A stretch of 63,958 bases of DNA, counting the filler, from Dugesia japonica (Eukaryota), in the NCBI GenBank assembly GCA_001938525.1. It is 5 parts of 5 records of this genome, joined end to end, with 100 filler letters (N's around TTAATTAATTAA, not from the genome) between each part and the next. Parts side by side here need not be neighbours in the genome. Positions count along the whole stretch, not along the records: positions 12,671 to 24,576 come from MQRL01598151.1; positions 24,677 to 41,421 come from MQRL01635699.1; 3 more parts are not named here. The stretch is one strand, 5' to 3'. This document shows positions 13,300 through 25,470 of this stretch, in pieces (within the stretch, counting starts at the first letter, position 1; every line of letters begins with the position of its first letter). The translations under genes were made by a program, and so were the position numbers. Below the pieces are notes generated by a model, which was not told the origin of the DNA, made no database searches, and worked only from the letters and a program-made list of their open reading frames with translations.

Positions 13300-15324
13300 T
13301 AGAGTTTGCAATCCCGGGATTTTGGGACTACTAAAAATATTTTAATCATTAATGTGTAAAATTATTTTGTCGTCAGTTTGAAAATGTAGACTTTGAAAAT
13401 ATGAAAATTAAAATGATGATGAAAAAGAAAATGATTCTGGATCTGACAACAGTTGCAGTCATTGTAATGATGTCGAATATTATTGTGAGTGGTTTTGAAA
13501 AGCAAGTTGAAATTTTTGTGTGATTGGTCGTCTTATTTTTAAACTCTTTTGTTTAATAGAGAGATTAAAATTATTGATGAAAAATTTAAATAAACAAATA
13601 CTTGGTTTAAGGATAAATTAAAATTATTGAATAATAAAGTTTAACTTTTAAATAAATAAAATTTTAAAAGTGAGCGGAAATTTTGTAGTAAAATTTAAAT
13701 GAAAATTAAGTAAATAAATAAAATGTTTTTAAGTGAATTAAATTAAATTACTTTTAATAAATAAAAAGTTTCAATTTTTAATTTTAGAAAAAACATCACC
13801 AATTAAAACACGGGATTTTAATTGGTTTGATCAACAAATATTGTTGGATTAGTTTTTATATTAATAAATCGTTGTAATGAATTTGAATTCTGATGTTAAT
13901 GATTTGATAAGTTTCCAAAACCCAACTAACAATTATTTTGCAGTTGATAATAATTTGAAGCAGGAATCATTTGATGTAAAAATCCCCGATGGAATTATTG
14001 AACAGGTTATAAAAGTAAGCAAAATAGTTCATATGTTTAAAAGATCAATAAAAAAAGGAAAATTATTTGCAAAACTATGTAAAATGGTTTTGGGAAGGTC
14101 ATTCATTTGAAAAAAATTGCAAAACGCGATTGAGTAGTCTACTGTGTATGCTGGAAGGATTTTATTTGTTTAAAGATTCTATAAAAAGGCACTGGTTGAC
14201 TTCAATATTGAGGATTCGTTAAAAATGGACGAATATGAGTATACAATTGTTTCAGATCTAGATTTTGTTTAGTCAAATTAAACTAACGATTGATATTATT
14301 TGCAGACGTGATGCAAATTTAATAACTACATACATTGCATTAGAATATATGTTAAAGAGTTGGAACAACAAAATCCAAAAATTAGTCGCGAAATATTTTC
14401 AACTTCAATTCTTCGATTTGAAGAGAGTAGAACTCAATTAAGCAGCTTAGAGAAATATTTTTACAACAGTCATAATGATTCAATGAAAATGACTGAAACT
14501 TTTGTATCATCCACAAATATTGAAAACAAAGAGCTTATGTTGGAGCTTCTTCGGCTATTGAATTCAACTGATTTAGCAGCCATAGTTATTAAAGAAACTG
14601 ATGCCTCTGATGATATTAAAGAAATATCAAGCGATAAAGATAAACTTTGTAATGAGAAGTATATGAGTGAGTAATTGAACCAAGCCCTGGGAAAAGGATT
14701 TATATCGGTTAGAAAATCCCCAACACGAGTTGAAAATGCATTATCAAAACTAAAAAAACAAATTTTTTTATTTGAAAGTGGTGGCACCAGAAGGGACTAT
14801 TTGCATAGAGTTTATGATTTTTTAATGATGATTAAGCCTACAAGTGTAGAGTTCAAACGGGCGTTTTTAGCCGCTGATTTGATATACTCAAAATTTAGAC
14901 GCAAGCTAAATGATGAAACGATTGATACATTATGCTTTTTAAGATCGTATTTTCAAAAAATAAATAATTGATACTTCTTTAATATATGTATTAATAATTT
15001 TAAAATAATTAGTAATTTAATTATAATTTTTTGTAAGTTTAAAATAAATTTTGAGCACAATGTGTGAGCACAATTTTCCGTTTTAAATGAAGTATTTTTT
15101 ATTTTTTATTTCTTTATGGTTTTCTAATGCAAAATTAATAAAATTAATTGTTTATTTTTAAATAACCTACATCAAGAAACATTAATTTTGTTGATAAAAA
15201 AACCAATAACACATAATGTATGTAGCGGTTTTCCATTGATTTAAAAAATTTTAAAAATCCAGGGATTAAAATTTTCAATCCAGAATCCCAGGATTGAAAT
15301 TTTTAGAGATTATTGCAAAACCTA
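13300..15324 (+). mobile_element. hAT transposon (hATx-like) with TIRs, 8-bp TSD and decayed transposase
   Basis: TIRs TAGAGTTTGCAAT / ATTGCAAAACCTA; exact TSD ATTATGTC at 13292-13299 and 15325-15332; subterminal ATCCC(G/A)GGAT-type motifs; dimerisation-domain motif KPTSVEFKRAF...LNDETIDTLCFLRSYF (14675-14971). Confidence 0.92.
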
Positions 15325-15719
15325 ATTATGTCGTTTTTTTAGTCGTGTCATATTGTTAAAATACGTAGTTTTTTATTCACTAAAAAGGCGATATAAAAAA
15401 AATATCACTTACCCAAACCACTTTTTAAAGGTCAATTTAGGTGGATTTTTACCAATTGCCAAGAAAGCTTTAAGACCCCTGATGTAAAATATCATTAGAT
15501 ATTATATTTCACAAATATCATTAAATAATTATTTTGAAAAACAAGAGATTTAATATTAACTTTTACAGTTTATATTTAATTAATTTAAAATGAATTTTAA
15601 TTAATAAAACCTTTTCTAAATTTAAATTTCAAATATTATGTTTATGATTTCATTGAAATAATAGCTTCGATCAAACTAAATTTTTGTTTTATAGATATTA
15701 GTATTTTCGATTAATGTAT

Positions 15720-16095
15720 TTATAAGGTAGTTTTTTAAAAAAACCAATTTAAATTTTTTATTTTTGAAAACGGAATTTATTAAAACCAAAAGTATATTTA
15801 AAATTGTATCAAGAAAATAACTTTGAAAATAAATTACTAAAATTTAAGNNNNNNNNNNNNNNNAAATTAAATGAATAAAAGATGTTTATTTTAGTGTATT
15901 TTTTTAAAATCAAAATATAATTTAAAAATAATAAAATATAAAATTAAATATTTAATAATTTCCGTTTTTAAATATGAATTTTTAAATTTGTTTGTTTAAG
16001 CAAATAATGATGTTATAGATTTTATTTTAATAAATTTATGGAGTTGAATTCTGATGTTAATGATTCGATGAGTTTTCCAGACTCACCTAACAGTC
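15720..16095. repeat. Dispersed AT-rich repeat family copy
   Basis: 15725-15848 resembles 23210-23340; 16038-16092 resembles 13877-13931. Confidence 0.65.
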
Positions 16096-16352
16096 TTATT
16101 CAGGAATATTATAATGTTTTATTATTATTATCATTATTTTCATTATTATTATTATTATTATTNNNNNNNNNNNNNNNNNNNNNNNNNNNNNNNNNNNNNN
16201 NNNNNNNNNNNNNNNNNNNNNNNNNNNNNNNNNNNNNNNNNNNNNNNNNNNNNNNNNNNNNNNNNNATTATAGTTAGAAAATAGTGATTATTTAAACAGT
16301 CAATTTTGTTTGAATAATACAAAATATTTATTCTTAAATATATCATTAATAT

Positions 16353-18210
16353 TAATGGCAAGTCTTTTTACTGGCAACCACGCAAAAATTAATGCGTTAA
16401 CAAGAGCAAGACGCGAAAAGCAAAAGAATTTTTCTAATTTGCCTCAAAAAACCCAAGAAATGTTGATTCCGAAACCAAGTTTCTTTGATGGTCTCANTCA
16501 AGATGCCAAAGATTTGATCCATACAACGAAAGATTTTGCGACATCCAATCAAATGGAATTTGCTTTCGCGTTAGATAAACTCCTAAGACGTGATGTAAAA
16601 CAGTTAGGGGAAGAATTTACCTGTTCAAATTATTCTGTTACTAATGAGGAGATTGAGAAATGGTTTATGGAAACCTATACAAATACAAAATTGATTTATG
16701 ATAAAGTAAAGGAATTAAACAGAGAACAGGTGTGAAGTACAGAAATATTGAGATTCGAGTTTAAAAAATGGTTACAGATGTGTTTCAAAAGAAATTAACA
16801 ATTGAAGAAATTGCATCAGCATTTATTCTGCAAGGATTACAGACTGAGAAACTAAGTGTATCCTATGTCCCTAACCCATCAATGTCTGACGAAAGTAGAA
16901 GAGAATATGCAACGAATTTAGAAAAATTGGTACCGCGTCGAAAATTCCATCTCATGAAACCAAAATATTTGCCAGTGATTAGTAAACCTCGGTATTTTAA
17001 TCAACGTTCAGAAGAAAAGACACATTTTGAGCACCAAAGGAATTCAGTAAATTTTAAATCTTCAGAAAATAGAAATCGATCTGAAAAATCTACTGCATAT
17101 AAGAATCGAGATAAAAAATTCTCGCAATCGAGCAATAATGGGAATTTTTTTCATAAAGCTATTAAACCGCAAAGATCAATGACGATGATTGCAATGAAAG
17201 TCTACAATCAATACAGTAGCAATACAAAGCACCTCCATATGATGAAATTTTACAACAAGGTGCATGCTTTTGTTGTGGTAATCTGAGTCATAGACGAAAT
17301 GAATGTCCACTTAAGAATAAATGCCTAATTTGTGTTAAAAATGGTCATTATTTCCAAGACTGTTATTTGGTAGCCAACGGCCATCAAAATGGAAGAATAT
17401 CATTTATTCATGACGAAGAGAAAAGTGCAAACGAGATGAATTATTTAGATGAAATCCATGATATTGATGATAGCGAAATGGAAAACAACTCCTACCAACT
17501 CCCTGTTGCTATCTTAACGGTGGAGTTGAGTCAATAAATTCTATTAATAATAGAGATAGAAAAGAGAAAGATGAGATGAATGAAGAATTTAGAATGTTTT
17601 AGAAGTTAGATGGACGGCAATGGAGTATTATGAATTGTAATGGCTGTGCTATTGAAATGTTGTGGAATTCTGGAGCATCAATAACAGTGGTGAGTGAAAA
17701 AAATTGGATCCAAATTGGTGCACCTAGTATGATAAAGTCAGTTAGATTGTCAGGTGTTTTTTGTTCAAAAGATGAATCATGTCTTGGTAAGATATTTATA
17801 CAAACTGTATGGAAAAATAAACCTTTGATGAAAGAAAATTTGGTTGTTTAAAGTATTTCTCCCGGTTTAATTGGTGGTATCGATATGATGAAATTATGTG
17901 GAATATTGTTGGAAGAAATAAAATTGATTGATTCTTCTAAAGTAAATACCACATATACGGATTGTGATCGGGTTAAAATGGCATTAAATTATGTTTGCAA
18001 CAGAACTCCATTTATTGAAAACCTTATTAAAAATATGGATCGATTTTATGGCATTCAAATTTGATTTAGGAATCACTTCATTAAGCATCATGTTAATACA
18101 AAAGGACCTCCAATTTCTTAAAATCTAAGAAGGCAACCAATGCATTTAGAAAATAAAGTTAATAAACTAATTGTAAATTTGTTAGAGTAAAAAATTATAC
18201 GATCATGAGA
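16353..18210 (+). mobile_element. Degenerate Ty3/Gypsy gag-protease-start of RT
   Basis: gag-like ORFs 16310-16735 and 16768-17286; two CCHC knuckles (CFCCGNLSHRRNEC, CLICVKNGHYFQDC) at about 17262-17363; protease MLWNSGASITVV. Confidence 0.85.
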
Positions 18211-18730
18211 TTAGCATTGTTCTTATACAATTATTCTAGCCAGATAATACCAAAATTCGACATTCTTTAATTACGGCTAACAATAGAGAAATTGCTTCTT
18301 TTGGTGAGAAAAAATTAAGATTATTTATTTCAAGCAGTCAAGAAACATGAACAGAGCTATTCATGGTTGCTGACATACATCGACCAATCTTAGGATCCGA
18401 TTTCCTGTTAAATTTTAGATAATTAGTAGATTGTCACAACTGCCTTCTTAGGACAAAAAACAAAAAAATGAGCACAGAAAATCAGACTTGCCTAAGAATT
18501 GAAACTTCTGAAGCACCAGTAAAGAAAAGAGTTTGTAGATTAGGTGGCATCGTCCTAAGTCAAATAAAAAGAGTTTGATGACATGCTTAGTCAGGACTTT
18601 ATTCAACCAAGTAATAGCGAATGAGCTTGTAATTGTCCAAACGAAAGATGGAACTTTTCGTTAATGGGGAGACTATCGCATGCATAATGCAATGACAAAA
18701 TCAGACCGATATCCATTACCGAGAATGAGC
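18210..18730 (+). mobile_element. Fragment of a second Gypsy protease-RT
   Basis: FMVADIHRPILGSDFL protease C-terminal motif, IQPSNSE, GDYR and DRYPLP RT motifs across shifted frames. Confidence 0.7.
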
Positions 18731-18926
18731 GACATTTTGAACAGTTACTGAAGATTTTCTTATAAGTTTTTTTCTTCGAGAAGTCCAGTTCTTCACACAT
18801 TTTAATGTTAACATAATTTATATATTCGATATAATGCATGAAGAAATATATAAATGAACTTGTTATTTTGTTTGGTCCCCACAACGTATTACTCTTTTTA
18901 GTTGGAATACTTATTGCAACTGGACG

Positions 18927-19061
18927 GTCGTAATTATTGTCTTAATTAATGATTTCAACACATTTCAAAGTAAAATTTATTTTCTTTCAATAAATACTTA
19001 CAGTTGTCAGGATTTTGCTCTTTAGTCGACCAGTTTGATAACTTAGAGACTAACTACGACA
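18927..19061. mobile_element. Possible solo LTR
   Basis: Imperfect inverted ends GTCGTAATTA...TAACTACGACA with an internal AATAAA. Confidence 0.3.
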
Positions 19062-19687
19062 CTATAATTAAAATAATAAAATTCTATTGATCAACTATTT
19101 TAATATCAATTTGAATAATTTAAAAATTCATCGCAGCTGTGATCAGAACCATGCCTAAGATTGTCGATCACGCGCTACAAACACCGGATAGTTTCTAATA
19201 GCATTCTTCATTGATAATTTCTATTCAGTTTTCTGAAATTAATTTAGCGAATTTTACTTTTGATTTTCATATTCCTTTCTCACACAACTTCAGTACTTAT
19301 TGTTAATTAGTACAAGATTTCTTTGTTTTGTTAATGTTTTTTGGTTGATTCATTTAATTATTATCATCAACCTTTTACTTCATATTTAAATTAAATTAAC
19401 GAGATTTTTCTTAACAAGACTAATTGAAATAATTATTTTCAGGAAATATATAAAAATTAAAGAAATATTGATTGATAATTTTGGCCGACTATTATTTTGT
19501 GAATGTTAAGATCATATTGATAATCAGAATAATTCACGAAATCAGTTGAACTATAATTCATGTTTTCTACAACTTCTAATTCGAAATTTAACGGAAATTG
19601 CTTAACTAGTCTTCATCAGAAACAGCAAGTTTTTTGACTGATTTAAGTCATTATTTGATTACCTATAATGATTTTTAAACTTTATTA

Positions 19688-21242
19688 TAGGATTTCAACT
19701 TAAAAATTCACATTTTCATTTTAATAATTCACACTTTCAACTTAAAAATTCACATTTTCAAATTAAAAATTTTTATTTTGAAATAAACAAATTTTAATAA
19801 GAGACATCACAGATATATTTGTAATATAGCCATTTTTAAAAAATAATTTACATTGTAACACATTGTTTAAAGCTAAAGATTTAATAATTTCTTATAAAAA
19901 GTCTTGTAGGGCAATTGCGGTAATGCAATTATCCCTTGTATGACAATAATAGCCTTCAATATCATTATTGGTTAGCTTACTAAACGCACATAAAATTATT
20001 TCACAAAAAAGAGAGCTCAAATTGAAATTCCAGACTTTGCCGAATAATACTTTTAATTTTAGAATAGCCATTTTCGATTGGATTCAGCATGTAGCTTTAA
20101 GGGGAAAGAAACATAATATTTAAATTATTGGCAATATAAAAGTTTTATAGACTTGCAGAATGATGTATTCTTGCATTATCCAAAACAAAAAAGGAGTTTT
20201 CAAGCATTTCAAGCTGTATTGACTTTTCAATTAAGTTTTCATAAAATGATGTAAACCTTTCTGAGTTGATGGAGTCTGTAAAACATTGCGAAAATATTGT
20301 TCTATTTGAGCTAATTGCTGAAATGAGACTTATATTTGTACCACAATTGGCGGGTACAAGAATATTTGCTGGGCAAAATGTAAAAATCCTTTAAACTTCT
20401 CTTAGACGTTTCTGACTTATTAAATGTATGAAGCCTTCAGTCTTAGATTGTCAAAGGGTTATTTTTACTCTGTTATACAGTACTTTTATCTTGTTAGTTT
20501 ATCTTCATTAAAATAACTCCTCGTGTTAATTTATATCCCTTGGGCAATTCATCTACGCTACCCGAGCTGAAATCGATTGATCCAGTTTAAGAGTTTCTAC
20601 GAATCATCTTGTGACATAATCTTTTCTTGCAATTTTTACTCTTTCACTGTTAATTACGTCTCGAGTAACCGTGAGTCTTTTTTGGGTTATTCCTAATTTA
20701 TTTATGACGCACCTAATTGTTTCAATTCATATTTGTAAATTTTTATTTTGAAGAATTTCAGACTTTATTTCGTGCAATCTCTTTCTACATCTGTTTCAAT
20801 TAAATCAATAAATTCGGAGGTAAGTATTTTTCTGCTTTTATTCCCTTTTTTGTTCGTGGCTGTTTTTTCCATCTTTCTGTAAAGACTAATTATTTTTCTT
20901 GCAGTCTAGTATTTGATTTGGAGCGTCTCTGCAGCTTCCATAATTCCAAACCCGTCATAAATTACCTTTGATATTAATAGGTTCATTTGCTTTTCATTTA
21001 CTTGTTTATATGAACTTTGCTCATTAGTATAGGATTTTAACTTAATCATCGTGGTCAAATAATTATTATCTCTTTAATTTGCATAAAAAATGGCAGCCTT
21101 AATAAATTAATTAATTTAATCTATTAAACTTTATATAAATGTTAATATTAGTTATTATGGCTGTAATAAGTTTATTAAAAATAATTTATTTAAAAAAGTG
21201 AATTTTTAAGTTGAAAGTGTGAATTTTTAAGTTGAAATCCTA
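19688..21242 (-). mobile_element. IS630/Tc1-mariner superfamily transposon, decayed
   Basis: TIRs TAGGATTTCAACTTAAAAATTCACA at both ends, each with an internal direct repeat; transposase motifs GTNISLISAIS, LDNARIHHS and MLNPIENGYSKIK on the minus strand. Confidence 0.88.
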
Positions 21243-21261
21243 CATTGACATTGATATTTTT

Positions 21262-21474
21262 GTTTTATAATTGCAATTATTGCGAGAATAATTGTTGGAC
21301 ATAACCATTGATCGTTTTACAGAATTCATTTAAAATAAGAGCTTTGATCAAGATTTTTGTTTTTTTATTGATATTTGATAACAATTCAAATTTTTGATAA
21401 CAAACAAATTGAATTGTTATCAAATATCAATAAAAAAACAAAAATTTTGATCGAAGCTTTTATTTTAAATGAAT
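21262..21474. repeat. Penelope 3' repeat (pLTR) fragment with a 66-bp fold-back
   Basis: Homologous to 47783-47886 plus 48838-48862; arms 21324-21389 and 21409-21474 are near-perfect inverted copies. Confidence 0.8.
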
Positions 21475-21981
21475 GGATATTTTTGTTGATAAATTTACTT
21501 TAATAAAAATTTTAATTTATATCCTAATATGTATATTTTAATTTTAAATGCTTTAGATTTTTAGTTAAATTTCTTTTGAAGTATTTTCTTTAAAGTTTGA
21601 AAAATTGTAGTGAAATATTATTTTCTAAAAGGAGAAAAATACCATCATTAACTACTTCTTTATCATAAATAAATTTTTCAAAAAATTGGTATTTGCTGAT
21701 TATTTTTGATTAAAAACATCAAATAACCAAATAAATTTCAATTAACATTACTAAATAATGTTAATTCAGATTTATAATAATGAAAATTAATTTACTCTTA
21801 TTAACAAATATGGTTAACTAATTAATGAAAAACTTAAAAATGAATAACAAAACATACAACGCTGGGATTCTAATTTTTTTAAACCTTTGTAATAATTACC
21901 ATTTAAAGAATTTTCCTAGAATATTTGTTGTCATTATTTAATGAATTACCANATTTAGCACAAGCCTTTAATAAAGATATA

Positions 21982-22346
21982 CACCAATACCTCACTTTGC
22001 GACGATAATTGGTTCCAAAAAAATCTTCGCAACTCGAAATAACTTTTTATATGAAAATATACTAAAACATTAATGATCCGTTCCAATTCTAAATTAAAAC
22101 GGTTTTTTCAAAAAAAACAATTTATGATTTCTAATGAATTTATTTATTCTATATAGCATATTAAAGTTTAAAAAAAAGTTACTAAAATTAAATTAAGACG
22201 TAACAATTAAATCTTATTTTCCTCAAATTAAATAAAAATCATATATTTATGAAAAAATCAGAATCTAGCGTTATTGGAAACGGCGCAAAACTATTAGCCG
22301 ATTTTTTTTGTCGCAATGCAAAACGTCGCAAAGTGAGGTATTGGTG
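21982..22346. mobile_element. pogo/Tigger-type MITE
   Basis: Perfect 23-bp TIR CACCAATACCTCACTTTGCGACG flanked by TA on both sides. Confidence 0.92.
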
Positions 22347-23389
22347 TAACTTGTTTTGAAAATTTGATTTTATAGACTACTTTTGTCTTTTAAAATTTCG
22401 GATTTTTATTTTGTCCCACTATTGAGTTCGGTTGACCAGTCATATTGTAGAATGTTAATCTTTGAACTCACTTCATTAGTCTTTGCAGTAGAAATTAATA
22501 TATTTTTCTCGATTTCATCAAAATTTTAATTGACAAATTTCTCATAATAGAAAATTATTAAGTTCCTAATATCATTGTTGTATTCAAAAGCAAACATTTT
22601 AACTGAATCTTTTTGGGCGATTAAAGNTGGAATATGTAGCAAAATTATTAAATATTAAGTTTGCAACTAATTCAGTGTAAATTTTTATGAAGGTTTCGTT
22701 TAAATGAATTTTGAAAATGAATTATCAGAAAATTTAAGTGTTTTCATAAATAATAATGTCATGCAAATAAAAATCGTAATCAACGGTTTGTTTCGCTGCT
22801 GTTTAACGATGGATTTTTCAAGCACGCATACATCTTCGCTCATTCGACAAAATTATTTTAGCTTAGTTTGATTGTTTTGGCTCATCCGACCTTCATTCCT
22901 GACATCGCTTCATCCGATTATTATTATTTATTTCGGTAGTTGAAAAACTTCTCGGGTGGCAAAATTTTCATTTCTGATGATAGCAATAAATTACATTTGA
23001 TTTAGTATTTTCCCAAAACCCCAAGAATTCTTTGAACGTGGTATTATTATATGGTCTGGAGAGAGCAGCAGATCATTAATAATAATTGTCATTAGATTGT
23101 TTCATAAATAAATTTTAGTGCCTCAAAAAGTTGTTTTTCATTTTATTACTATAAATGTGTACTGACTTAGTTACCGATCTCATAATTAAAAGAATTTTTT
23201 TGGTTTTTATAAGATAGTTTTTTGAAAGAACAGATTAAAAAATTTTTGTCTTTAAAAACGGAATTTAGTAAAATCAAAAGTATATTTAAAATTATATCAA
23301 GAAAATAAACTATAAAAGAAATTACTAAAATTTAAATTATTGAATATTAAATTTCTTCGTAATGTATTTTTTTAAACCATATGATATAT

Positions 23390-23848
23390 ATGACTGCACA
23401 GATTTACCCAGAACAACTTGAACGTGCTAAAAATGTGACTTCGGAAACAACCTATACTAATGAATAGAAATCAAATGATACTGTTACACGATTATGCAAG
23501 GCCTCATTACAAAAATCGCTCAACAAAAATTGAAACGCTCCAAATGGAAATTCTGCCACATTCATCTTACTCACCCGACATTTCTCCAATGGACTATCAC
23601 CTGTTTTAGCTATAGGAAATCATTTCAAAATCATTGAAGACATTTCAGAAGAAGTTGGTAGATTTTCCGCCTCAAAAGACACAAATTTTTTAAAAAAGGA
23701 TTATACAAACTTGACCCATTAGGAAAGTGTTGTTCATTATAAAAATGACTATTTTGGTAAAATTTTAATGTTTATTTATATTACACATTTTTTTGACTTT
23801 CATAGTTTGATAAACAAAAACCGCATGAACTTTCGGGTTTATCTGATA
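23390..23848 (+). mobile_element. mariner transposase 3' fragment with right TIR
   Basis: ILLHDYARPH and YSPDISPMDYHLF motifs; ends with AAACCGCATGAACTTTCGGGTTTATCTGATA, a mariner-like TIR. Confidence 0.85.
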
Positions 23849-24576
23849 TTTATTTTATGCATATAAAATTATTTTTAAGATCAATTTCTAAAACACTCCT
23901 GATATCGGACACTAAAACGACTATACTCAAGGGTTCATGCAAATAATGCAAAATACAATCGTTTAATGCCTTTAATGAAAGAATATATGATTTAAAAAAT
24001 TATTTGATTTTAAATATGAACTACCAATATTTATAAAATTAATGATTTACACAAATATAAACGGCTGAACCGATTACCCAGAGATCCAATTATCCTCTCT
24101 TCACTGTATTTTCCCCAAATATTTCAAATAACATTTCTATTAAACTCACATTTTTAAAAAATTTTCAAAATTATATAATAAATAATAAAATAAAATTTAC
24201 TTAACACATTCTATTTCAATTATTAAAATATGATTATATACATTTGCACTTTATTCATGGTTGTTTTTAAAAGATAAAACACTATGAGTTGCAGTATTTT
24301 TTACTTTAATTAAAGAAGTTTTTCTAATAACTTTTTTTAATTTTAAAACGTAATTTAATTAGAAATTCTTACCATTTTTCAATTTCATTTTAAAATCCAA
24401 ATTTAATCGTTATTGGAAATATTTCTATTCATAATATTTATGTTGATTGGCAAGTAAAATTGGCCAATCACTGAGATTGAATTATTTAACATGACAAAAA
24501 AAATACTTAAAAACCATATGTAATCATTGATTATTTTAATCAAATTTCTCTTATTACTGATTCAAATATAAACCCA

Positions 24577-24676
24577 NNNNNNNNNNNNNNNNNNNNNNNN
24601 NNNNNNNNNNNNNNNNNNNNTTAATTAATTAANNNNNNNNNNNNNNNNNNNNNNNNNNNNNNNNNNNNNNNNNNNN
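24577..24676. other. Artificial scaffold linker
   Basis: 44N-TTAATTAATTAA-44N. Confidence 0.95.
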
Positions 24677-25330
24677 TGCTTAATAAAAAAAATTAAATTC
24701 TCTTGCTACCTATTAGCAGTATTAGAGTTTTTGCAATTGTACAACAATTTTCAAAAGCTCTGTTAAATTGTTACAAACTTACGCACCTAAATTTCTGTTC
24801 TTGTTGTGAGGGAATTTTAGTCCCACCATTAGAGCTTATTTAGGACGGTAGGGTATTACCGGTCTCCAACTCTTTCTAAAATTAATATAGAGCGTTATAC
24901 GCTATAAATAAAATCATTCGCGTTCCNNNNNNNNNNNNNNNNNNNNNNNNNNNNNNNNNNNNNAATTTTATTTAATAAAATTTATATCAGTAAAGTTTGT
25001 TATCTTATTTATTTATTATATAAATATTTATAACCTACACGCCATTTTATTTTGTTTAAAAATCAATTGGAGTAAGAAGTAAAGTTTGTGTTAGAGTTTT
25101 ACCCACGAAACCTAACATATTTATAAACTATCTACATGTTTAGTGCTAAGTAGTTTCAGTTATCACTCAGAAAATCACATAAAAATTAATGCCTATTCTA
25201 AAGTATTGAGGTATAATTAACCATAGTTTTGCATTTAATTATTGAAAATTAATATACTTATTTAGACAAAAAATGCTCAATGCTTGCCAGATATGGGAAA
25301 TTTTATACTCAACACATGAAATATTGCGTA

Positions 25331-25470
25331 ACTGGTGAATTCCACTACACCAATTCAACTATACACCATTCCACTCGGGATATTCCACTAGACTTAATTC
25401 CCCTATCAATTAAAGTTAGGGGAATCGAGTCTAGTAAAATTGAGTCTAGTGGAATTGTTCCAGTAGAGTG
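25331..25470. repeat. Small fold-back element built from about 15-bp subrepeats (MULE/foldback-like MITE)
   Basis: ATTCCACTA-type units on the left, TAGTGGAAT-type units on the right; central hairpin ACTAGACTTAATTCCCCTA...TAGGGGAATCGAGTCTAGT. Confidence 0.65.

Noticed and set aside
14470-14787. Antisense ORFs overlapping transposases (also 6387-6620, 50834-51091, 39046-39231, 59828-60091)
   Set aside because: Shadow frames of the opposite-strand coding relics
19120-19200. tRNA- or SINE-like segment (also about 37365-37430)
   Set aside because: Only a vague B-box-like resemblance; no cloverleaf can be drawn
19590-19625. Minus-strand CTGATGA-AGACTAG as a second hammerhead
   Set aside because: No closing helix II followed by GAAA and no helix I pairing could be found
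22780-23080. Harbinger or piggyBac transposase motifs (PEKFFNY, DEAMSGMK)
   Set aside because: Too short and mutually inconsistent to assign a family
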